DNA from: Leptogorgia sarmentosa
Lineage: Eukaryota
Direction of reading: 5' to 3'
Assembly: GCA_964658305.1 (NCBI GenBank)
Contig: OZ210884.1
Location: 4,650,001 to 4,714,000 of the forward strand
DNA length: 64,000 bases
In this document: in pieces, positions 57,601-64,000 of the stretch
Numbering within the stretch: position 1 is the stretch's first letter
How the letters are laid out: every line of letters starts with the position of its first letter
Position numbers and translations under genes: made by a program
The notes under the pieces: generated by a model
What the model was told of the DNA's origin: nothing
Databases searched by the model: none
What the model saw: only the letters and a program-made list of their open reading frames with translations

Positions 57601-60600
57601 CTTTTAGCTAACATTGCTTTTTCTTTTATTATGGATTATCGTGATTGTTGTGCTTTTTTCCCTTCTTTTAATACAACGATTTAGTTGTTTTACACATAGA
57701 ATTTCGCTGAAAGTTAAGATACATTCTCGTGCATTTTTCTTATATTTTAATTTACCTTCAATTTCACATCTTTCACCCATGAATCCAGCGGGACAACTGC
57801 ATTCAAATGAAGAATCAACGTTCCTACAAGTTCCACCATTGCAACATGGGGCACTTGCACATGAGCTATCTACAATGGAGAATAACAAGGCGAGCTTAAT
57901 TCATATCGACATACGTCATAATGGGAAGCTTAAACTATGACACTAGTGTTTTGCAAGTGCCATAGCATCTTATTGCACGATTTTGAAACAATTAATCTTG
58001 ACTTACTGCAGATTGCGAACTGGTCCAATTGTCTCCAATGTATTGAAACATATTGAGCACAGTCTGCAGAATAAGCATCGAGAGCTTGACAATAACAAAC
58101 GTCAGGATCGTCTTCACAAGCGCACATATCGTACACACAATTATCGTAGTATCCTCTCGCAGTGGCATTAATATGGCTAGCACATGAGTTGAAAGGAGGG
58201 CTGAATAATATAGAACAGTTGGCTTGGGCTATTGAAAGCCTGCTCGAGTTAGCCATACATGGATGCATTACTTCCGTCGCGTTAGCACAACTAGGATCAA
58301 CTTTCCAAGAATTTCCAAATTCCACTGCATCATTAACAATTGTACCATAAGATGTCCAGAAGTCGTCGTCTTCCATTTGGTTGAAATTGCCGCATAATCC
58401 AACTGTTCGATTCACATAGCGCCCCCTGATTGTCACACGAGCATTATAAACATTGTTCCAAAACACGGTCACACCGTAGTCACTTGTTATTAAGGTATAT
58501 CCATTGTTAGCTTCAGATATGTTGAAACCTTTAGAGAAAACAGCAAAGTTAAAATTAAAAAGGCAATGTAGTGTTGTAAACACAACACCGTCTTACTTAC
58601 CTGGGTAACTGACTGGTAGTGGTGATGATACCTCTCCACCATTTACCAAAATCATTCCTCTACGGAGTTCGATAGAATAACTTAGGAAGATCACTGTTAA
58701 CGACTTTGTGCACGAATGTAATCCACTTGCACAGGGTTCATTTTTCTGCCGCACTTCAAACATGTCGCCCACAATATCTTTGGCCAAAACATATTCGCAT
58801 GTCCCCATAAAGTCATAAAGCTTTCCATCAAAAGTTGAATAATGCGGATCTCCTCGGGTATGGCAACTTCTTTCAACTAGATATAAATATAGATATAAGA
58901 GTGTCACAAATGGTATGCTTAAAAATTCAAAATGAAAAATATGAGCATTTTTACACCCATGGAAACTTTGTGTCATTAAATGGGTTAATTTCTTATTTTG
59001 GAATTTCCAATTTTCTTCAATTTGGTATTATAATTGGCACCATTTATCCCCAAGTAACGGCGCAATGGCATTATCTTTAACTGGAATAGCACCTTGGTAA
59101 CGAAATCTGAATTTCGGGAAAAATCGTGTTGGGGGGCCCGTTGGTCATAACTCCATGTGAGTGGGAGCTCATCACTTCACCTCCGCTCTTGGTTTCTCTG
59201 AGAAATCACTATACCTACACAAACGTTCTTGATTGACGGCGAATATTTGAAAAATTTGAGTAGTTTATCTGAATATTTCAATTATGATCAATTGAAATTT
59301 GAATTCCAATTAGTAAACCCACTTTAAGTCGTGGAAATGATTTTCTTACCCAGTTCGCAGTTAGGTTCTCTGTAATCCGCCTTACAAACGCATTTGAAGA
59401 TATTACCAATTTGACCACACTCTTCGTTTTCTCCACAAGAAATAACGCTGCAGTTTGTAGCTGAAAATATTTTATGTTGTTTTTAACCTGCTGCTCAAAA
59501 CTTATTGTAGTTCCCGTTAAAAAATAATATTTTAATTATTCACGAAATTCGGCCAAATATGATTGCAATTTCAAGAGGAAAGCAGTTACGACTGGCATGT
59601 CGTGTCAGGAAAATAAAGGTATTAGAAATATTAAGCAGGCTCTTCTATTCTATTCGTCGCGCGACTGGCGAAAAATTGTTTCAACGACTATTATTTTTCT
59701 TTTTATCAGGTTTATGGTTTTTGCTATGATTTTACCTTCACAAACAACACCAGTTCCATTAAAACCTTCATTACATTGACATTCAAACGAACCAATTGTA
59801 TCAGTACAGGTAGCATTCTGGTCGCAGGGATTGTTCTTGCATTCATTGACATCTGAAATGGTTGAATATATATTTTGTACGTGAGGAGATTGCAATATTG
59901 GACTCTCAAAGCTACAATAAATATTTAAATCGTCTTAATTTGAAATAAATTTACAGAGTTAACCGGAGAAAAACCTTTCAAATTGTTTTGTAGCAACTGT
60001 TGTTTTTTTTTTTCAATTTAGACCATGTGCATGCACTCAATTTGCATTATGAATGCAACGGTACAGGAAACCGTGGCGAATCATGTGCGGTAACTTGTGG
60101 AGTGAATATTCATATTTTATAGTAGTAAATGAGTATCTTTAGTTATAAATGAATTTTATCTTTATTAACTTCCGACAACTGATTTCGAAAGAATTTATAC
60201 CGACTGAACCTGGACTGAGGAAATCATCTCAGGAAGCAAAAAAGTCGTTTGGTCAGTGCTATAATAGCGAAGTAGAAAATGTTATTCAAAAAAGATGTCC
60301 ACTGTTTTGAACAAGGTAGTACAGATAAATTTCCTTGTAATTATCCAAAATGAACGTTGACGTCAAAAGTGCATGGTGAATTGTTTTTGTTGAACTTTCA
60401 CTTCTGGTTTTGTTCATTATTTATTCACCAAATATTATGCAAGGTAAGTCGAAAAGTTAATAAATAGTTCGTTTAATTTGCAAGGTTTCGGATAGTTTAA
60501 TATCCGTTATGAAGATCTAATCAGATCTGTTATTGGAATGTTATTTTTCAATGCAGCATCGCCCCCTATGAAATTTTGCAACAAATTGTGGAATATTTTG

Positions 60601-63535
60601 CCAGTCGTTGATATTTATTTTTCGCAACAAAAGTACCTATGCAGTCTGTGCCATTGCTAGTAAAACCATCATTACAAGAGCAGTTGAAACCTCCCAGATA
60701 ATCAGTACAGGTGGCGTTCTTGTGGCAATACGTTCCAAAACAACATTCGTCCTTATCTAGAAAAGAACATAATGGTGTAAAATGACGGAAAGTTGTGCTG
60801 TTAGATTGGTAAGGTGTTTTTAATGCCAGTCAAAATTTTGTGTCTACAAAGTGGATAGTTGAAAGACTTTTCATGGCTGTAAAGTCGCTGCGACGTCAAA
60901 CGCAGATAAATATTTAATTCACGTGCGCTTTTTGCGCTCCGTTTTGATTAGTTTTGAAGAAAGAAAACACCGCAAAAAAGAAAAGTTATGGATAACTTGT
61001 TCATTTTACCACGCTTATTAGCAAGGAACGATGTTTAATTTATTGTAATGTACCATAACATGCCCAGATATATCCAGTTTCTGTGACAGAAATGCCATGG
61101 CTACACGTACAGGCAGAACTTGTTGCGTCATCAAATCAAATAAAAAAACACATAATCAAAAACAATTAACCTTACAGTTAGCAAAAGAAATGGCTGATCG
61201 GGTCCTAACTCTTGATGTTTTTGATGTAGTTGCAATAATTTCGACTAGATGCTGTATAAAATTATATTATTGATACCCAAAACATCCGATCTAATTATGG
61301 AGATTATTGTGTATTTTGAGCAAATCAATGTATTGTAATTATCATTTGTATTTCTGAGAGTGTTTTCATGTCCTGCTATCCACAGTAATTAACTACACAA
61401 TGAAAATAATTATAGTTTGGAAATGTTTTTTGGCTGAGTGGGTACTTGCACTGATGATCATGCATGATGAACCTAAGACGTGGGCTTTGCATTCGAGAAC
61501 AAACCAAACGTGGCTAGTCCTTCTCGTCGTACGTGTAGCCGTGACAATTTTCAACCTCGTTCCCAGGCTCTCTCCTCATAAAGAGCGTCAGAGCAAATAC
61601 CCTGGGAACGAGATTGGACAAATTTTTGTGCTACCGCATGTAGCTACCATGTAAATACTGAATATATCTTGAACATATTATCGTACATATAAATGAAAAC
61701 ATCGTTTCTTATATAAGCTTGAAAAAAAAATGAACAAACTCGGCTATCCATAACTTTTCGTTTTTTGCGTTGTCCTCTTTCATCAAAACAAATATAAAAT
61801 GGAAGCGTAAAAGCGCACTCGAATTAAGTTCATCCGCGTTTGATCTAACAAATTAATTTATTCTCCCTGCATAACGCGCCAGAATTATAAGAAATGGCCA
61901 TTATGAGTACAATAACAAAAATTATAGGTAAACATGAAAAGATCTCACTTAAGAAGATTGCAGCGCTTTTAAAATATTCCGACTAACCATAAAAGTTCTT
62001 AGTAACTAGCTTACCAAATGCAATAATCATATCTTGAATTGAACCACTGTGTGTGAAATTTCCTTGATTTCGAAGCGATTCCTTTGAGAATTTTTCAATG
62101 CGGTTATTCATTGTATCCAAGACGTAAAAATTAAAAACATCTGAAGTTAATTTGATTGAGTCAGAATATGTTTTGTTCAGGTCAGTTGTTGGTCCTTCGA
62201 ATGATGTTCGCATCACCCTGTGACTGCTTCCATCGTAATTAACCCAGTAGATAACGTTATTGAATTGATCGATTGAAATTGATTGTGCAGCACCATCAGA
62301 CATGAACTCCGTTATGGATTGAGTTGATGGATTGTAGCGCACGATGGTTGGATCACTTGTCTTCGCAATATAGAGGTACCTGTGAAAAAAACAACATTTC
62401 TTCACAATTTTCCTTCCACGCACATTTCATGAGGGCATGCGCATTTTACCGTATGCATTGTGAGCATCATGTAGAAATTAGTGAGAAAAGATGCTTATGA
62501 GAAAAGAGCGTATCGCGCTTTAAAACAATGGGGCAAAACTTTCAATTCAACTGCTTTCAATTCCCAAAGTAATTTAATTCGAAAATACCATAAAAACAGT
62601 AACTATTTTTACAAAGGAATAATTTGCAAAATCAGAGAAAGGTTCAAGAAAGTCCAAGACAAGACATATTATTAACGAAAATTTTCTAGATCGTATTTTA
62701 GTTTGTTTGAATGAATCGAAAGTACGGTTACCCGGAATCGTCGGCATATAGTTATGTAAACATCGGTATTCAGTTTATTTCTAGCTTATACCAGGCCCTC
62801 GATATTGTGACACACATTGTGCTATTTTGAAGAACCTGTTTAGCTTTATTTTAACATTTTCCCCCGAAACTCAAACTTTGGTGAAGGTGGCCTGCATTCA
62901 ACGTTCCATAAACTTTCATCAACAATGCAGTAAAATTTGCTAGTCACAAAATTGCATGTAAATTTGGTCTGATTGCGCATGCCCGATCATATCAAAGCTA
63001 GTATATAAGACAATTAAGCGATATACGAACCGACGACGAGAATTTTGCTGCTGTACGACACAATTCATGCACCCACAAATTGACTCAATGCGGGAAAATT
63101 AAATGATACACAATTACTGCAACAAAATTTTAAGCATAATGATTTACCCGTTTCTCGTGTCAACTTCTAAATCCCTTACACCAGCAACCGCTGACGCACC
63201 AGGGACTTCATTGTCTTCACCGCTAGTGATATTGTAAACAAATAACTTTTGTGAGAATTCGTGATAATAATATATCAAGTTGTTGCGACCATCCACAGCG
63301 AAAACTTCAACATCGTTGATGTTAAAGTCAGTAGAATTTGAGCCATCCAAATCATAACTTGTCATCTTTTCAGTGTCAGTATCATAAAGATAAAGACGTT
63401 TGTTTATATTATCAACTGACAATGAGGCACTCGCGCGGTTGTCGACAATCGTTCGGACACTTGAAGCTTCTTCTGTGTCGTATGCTGATGTCCCGGATGA
63501 TGTGGAGAAGAACAAATATGGAACTTGGCAGCTGT
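506..63535 (-). CDS. Partial giant multi-exon extracellular glycoprotein: 11 YWTD-like propellers, 9 VWD-C8, 56 EGF, 1 SEA-like domain (~7,500 aa in window; start and stop lie outside the window)
   Basis: 100 exons bounded by AG/GT with compatible phases (mostly 1-1) that join into one stop-free frame; domain consensus motifs recognised by eye. No transcript evidence available. Confidence 0.88.
1030..1086 (-). CDS. Putative short linker exon
   Basis: catag|...|gtaag, 57 nt, phase 1-1, open: [19 protein letters not shown]; weak polypyrimidine tract and no domain motif. Confidence 0.5.
1858..3368 (-). CDS. SEA-like domain in three exons (3253-3368, 2407-2474, 1858-2075)
   Basis: Phases 1-0, 0-2, 2-1 join in frame: [81 protein letters not shown]...; resembles the SEA pattern F.lsf.i...y..dL.d..S..F. 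An alternative in-frame acceptor exists at 2084. Confidence 0.72.
2770..3230. repeat. Dispersed intronic repeat family 1, copy 1, ending in an imperfect ~160 bp hairpin (3070-3230)
   Basis: Shares gcaaaattacttggccctgattggcta, gtgtgaaatcgacaaa and gattaaca.gtaatcg..cgtaaaattaa with 6001-6465; arms gtaatcgca..gtaaaattaa / ttaattttac..tgcggttac. Confidence 0.7.
3932..4054 (-). CDS. cbEGF exon (stalk EGF 17)
   Basis: [41 protein letters not shown], phase 1-1. Confidence 0.88.
4823..4936 (-). CDS. cbEGF exon with displaced Cys4 (stalk EGF 16)
   Basis: [38 protein letters not shown], phase 1-1. Confidence 0.82.
5847..5972 (-). CDS. cbEGF exon (stalk EGF 15)
   Basis: [42 protein letters not shown]. 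Confidence 0.9.
6001..6465. repeat. Dispersed intronic repeat family 1, copy 2 (truncated within the hairpin)
   Basis: Colinear similarity to 2770-3135. Confidence 0.7.
6973..7098 (-). CDS. cbEGF exon (stalk EGF 14)
   Basis: [46 protein letters not shown] bounded. Confidence 0.9.
7494..7622 (-). CDS. cbEGF exon (stalk EGF 13)
   Basis: [43 protein letters not shown]. Confidence 0.9.
8300..8422 (-). CDS. cbEGF exon (stalk EGF 12)
   Basis: [41 protein letters not shown]. Confidence 0.9.
8698..9010. mobile_element. Palindromic non-autonomous repeat family 2, copy 1 (hairpin 8701-8879 plus tail)
   Basis: Arms aatagaaaacattttcc..gagttatgtaaacacgagtgcaagtttggagaac..tgtgtggaaac / gtttccacaca..gttctcccaaacttgcacgagtgtttacataactc..ggaaaatgttttctatt; second copy at ~26.0 kb. 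Confidence 0.75.
9313..9432 (-). CDS. cbEGF exon (stalk EGF 11)
   Basis: [40 protein letters not shown]. Confidence 0.9.
9812..9931 (-). CDS. cbEGF exon (stalk EGF 10)
   Basis: [40 protein letters not shown]. Confidence 0.9.
10028..10359. mobile_element. Degenerate hAT-like MITE
   Basis: Termini catgggcatacg / cgcatgcctatg, G-rich and C-rich subterminal tracts, imperfect flanking duplication gtaaatgt / ggttatgt. Confidence 0.55.
10606..10725 (-). CDS. cbEGF exon (stalk EGF 9)
   Basis: [40 protein letters not shown]. Confidence 0.9.
11156..11275 (-). CDS. cbEGF exon (stalk EGF 8)
   Basis: [40 protein letters not shown]. Confidence 0.9.
11344..11578. mobile_element. MITE-like element with terminal inverted repeats
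   Basis: gggaccggttgttca ... tgaacagctggtccc, with inner ggttagc..taa / ttaagctaacc; target duplication not clear. Confidence 0.6.
11927..12049 (-). CDS. cbEGF exon (stalk EGF 7)
   Basis: [41 protein letters not shown]. Confidence 0.88.
12733..12852 (-). CDS. EGF exon lacking the N-terminal Ca-binding consensus (stalk EGF 6)
   Basis: [40 protein letters not shown], phase 1-1. Confidence 0.85.
13639..13755 (-). CDS. cbEGF exon (stalk EGF 5)
   Basis: [39 protein letters not shown]. Confidence 0.9.
14238..14351 (-). CDS. cbEGF exon (stalk EGF 4)
   Basis: [38 protein letters not shown]. Confidence 0.9.
15046..15162 (-). CDS. cbEGF exon (stalk EGF 3)
   Basis: [39 protein letters not shown]. 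Confidence 0.9.
15466..15591 (-). CDS. cbEGF exon (stalk EGF 2)
   Basis: [42 protein letters not shown]. Confidence 0.88.
15782..15901 (-). CDS. Post-propeller EGF exon with extra Cys (ECC) (stalk EGF 1)
   Basis: [40 protein letters not shown]. Confidence 0.88.
16361..17382 (-). CDS. Beta-propeller 11 (exons 17016-17382, 16361-16734)
   Basis: Phases 1-2 and 2-1, 247 aa; blade motifs [44 protein letters not shown] resemble degenerate YWTD/LDLR class B repeats. Confidence 0.82.
17802..18343 (-). CDS. Two EGF exons (18224-18343 DIDECC..., 17802-17918 xINEC...) linking propellers 10 and 11
   Basis: [40 protein letters not shown] and [38 protein letters not shown]. Confidence 0.88.
18553..19572 (-). 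CDS. Beta-propeller 10 (exons 19182-19572, 18553-18929)
   Basis: Starts [39 protein letters not shown]; same 1-2/2-1 exon split as the other propellers. Confidence 0.82.
19819..25607 (-). CDS. Module 9 (divergent): propeller-EGF-cbEGF-EGF-VWD-C8-EGF
   Basis: Exons 25220-25607, 24358-24734, 23648-23767, 22911-23030, 22314-22430, 21611-21883, 20883-21407, 19819-19935; [24 protein letters not shown]8 cysteine pattern. Confidence 0.88.
23157..23344. mobile_element. hAT-family MITE, 188 bp, with a perfect 8-bp target-site duplication
   Basis: TIRs cagggccgcccaga / tctgggcgggcctg (1 mismatch); atgccggg at 23149-23156 and 23345-23352; GC-rich against AT-rich intron. Confidence 0.9.
25988..26211. 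mobile_element. Family 2, copy 2, with the hairpin centre deleted
   Basis: Matches 8698-8735 joined to 8840-9010 (tacataactcaatgtaaacataggaaaatg...agtctttttcacttacttccggtt). Confidence 0.75.
26318..31126 (-). CDS. Module 8: array-type propeller plus divergent EGFs-VWD-C8-EGF
   Basis: Exons 30742-31126, 30251-30615, 29917-30036, 29217-29336, 29014-29124, 28171-28440, 26842-27351, 26318-26434; [18 protein letters not shown]. Confidence 0.88.
29435..29710. repeat. Minisatellite of the palindromic unit tttCACATGTGaaa (~18-21 bp spacing)
   Basis: More than ten exact or degenerate cacatgtga copies in ~275 bp. Confidence 0.85.
31498..35503 (-). CDS. Module 7 (array unit, 670 aa)
   Basis: Exons 35119-35503, 34567-34931, 34069-34188, 33596-33712, 33101-33211, 32343-32618, 31749-32270, 31498-31611 (sum 2010 nt). 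Confidence 0.88.
35875..39885 (-). CDS. Module 6 (array unit)
   Basis: Exons 39501-39885, 38949-39313, 38451-38570, 37978-38094, 37483-37593, 36720-36995, 36126-36647, 35875-35988 (by offset from module 7). Confidence 0.86.
40257..44253 (-). CDS. Module 5 (array unit)
   Basis: Exons 43869-44253, 43317-43681, 42819-42938, 42346-42462, 41851-41961, 41102-41377, 40508-41029, 40257-40370. Confidence 0.86.
44625..48635 (-). CDS. Module 4 (array unit)
   Basis: Exons 48251-48635, 47699-48063, 47201-47320, 46728-46844, 46233-46343, 45470-45745, 44876-45397, 44625-44738. Confidence 0.86.
49007..53003 (-). CDS. Module 3 (array unit)
   Basis: Exons 52619-53003, 52067-52431, 51569-51688, 51096-51212, 50601-50711, 49852-50127, 49258-49779, 49007-49120. 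Confidence 0.86.
53375..57384 (-). CDS. Module 2 (array unit)
   Basis: Exons 57000-57384, 56448-56812, 55950-56069, 55477-55593, 54982-55092, 54220-54495, 53626-54147, 53375-53488. Confidence 0.86.
57756..63535 (-). CDS. Module 1: divergent propeller and EGFs plus array-type EGF-VWD-C8-EGF
   Basis: Exons 63148-63535, 62015-62379, 60637-60756, 59736-59852, 59350-59460, 58601-58876, 58007-58528, 57756-57869; the rightmost exon begins at an AG acceptor, so the gene continues right of the window. Confidence 0.87.
60896..61843. mobile_element. Non-autonomous DNA-transposon-like element with ~110 bp imperfect inverted repeats
   Basis: 60896-61007 tcaaacgcagat..gtgcgctttt..gcaaaaaagaaaagttatggata..ttgttcatttt is the approximate reverse complement of 61727-61843; no transposase ORF; true ends and TSD not resolved. 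Confidence 0.7.
61552..61616. mobile_element. Short palindromic element nested inside the larger element
   Basis: caacctcgttcccagg ... cctgggaacgagattg; flanks gacaatttt / gacaaattt resemble a 9-bp duplication. Confidence 0.7.
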
Positions 63536-64000
63536 CTAAAGAATCAGAAATTTGAACAGGAAATTCATTGATTATATACCTAATTTAGATTTCTCGAAAT
63601 ACGGAAACTTTTACTGCAGTTGAATATTCTAAAAGATATATTTTTCCGTGAATAATATATTTCTCAGAAATCATTTTGAACATGTCAGTGTAGTGAATAT
63701 TAGATGTATGTAGCAAATAATTTTCTAATGATCCGTTCAATGTTTTTCACAGCTGTCATTTTTGCATGCATGGAACACTGCCTTAATTTGCTTGTTTAAG
63801 AGCAATAAACAAGCCAAATTTCGACTTTCTAGAGTGCAGGTTTTTCTAGAACTGCACGGTATATCGATTATACAATTTTATTACTGTCATGACAGTATTA
63901 AGGTATTATAGAATATTAGCTAGCTACAGTGTAATGAACTTAATGAAGGTATTATAATTATAGGGATTAAAATTTAACAGCTGAAAACCGCAAAAAATTT

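Larger units (their letters stand above)
30250..59460. repeat. Intragenic tandem array, ~4.38 kb unit x ~6.7 copies, near-identical including introns
   Basis: Equivalent ORFs begin at 30738, 35115, 39497, 43865, 48247, 52615, 56996 (periods 4377, 4382, 4368, 4382, 4368, 4381). Confidence 0.97.

Noticed and set aside
30250..59460. Array as a cluster of separate paralogous genes
   Set aside because: No start or signal-peptide exon and no terminal exon in any unit; every exon has AG/GT ends and joins in frame across units.
16361..63535. Naming the gene LRP1/LRP2, FCGBP, zonadhesin, tectorin or fibrillin
   Set aside because: No LDLa, TIL, MAM, ZP or TB domains seen in the window; only partial domain overlap, so no symbol assigned.
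157..63571. Plus-strand and off-frame ORFs in the track (e.g. 31356-31682, 33337-33684, 28548-28928)
   Set aside because: They are antisense shadows of exons or AT-rich intron ORFs with no domain signal; recurrence simply reflects the tandem array.

Overview
AT-rich animal genomic DNA, probably anthozoan cnidarian (a guess from the style of the intronic repeats, not verified). The whole window lies inside one giant intron-rich gene on the minus strand, open at both ends. Reading GT-AG junctions by hand gives 100 in-frame exons, about 22.5 kb of CDS or about 7,500 aa. Order N to C (right to left): 9 x [six-bladed YWTD-like beta-propeller, EGF with an extra Cys, cbEGF, EGF, VWD with GDPH, C8, EGF], then propeller-EGF-EGF-propeller, 17 tandem EGFs, a SEA-like domain, a linker and one more EGF. 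About 30.2-59.5 kb is a near-identical tandem array of a ~4.38 kb, 8-exon, 670-aa unit (about 6.7 copies). Its introns are homogenised and it has an A/B higher-order period of 8,750 bp. Most notable points: (1) the LRP-like propeller-EGF plus FCGBP/mucin-like VWD-C8 plus SEA architecture; (2) a GDPH autocleavage motif in all 9 VWDs, where only the most C-terminal one has lost the disulfide tether, a candidate built-in shedding site; (3) covarying extra cysteines that suggest inter-domain clamps and one unpaired Cys per amplified repeat. Introns hold several MITEs and palindromic repeats. All coordinates and domain calls are manual; no HMM or database search was run.
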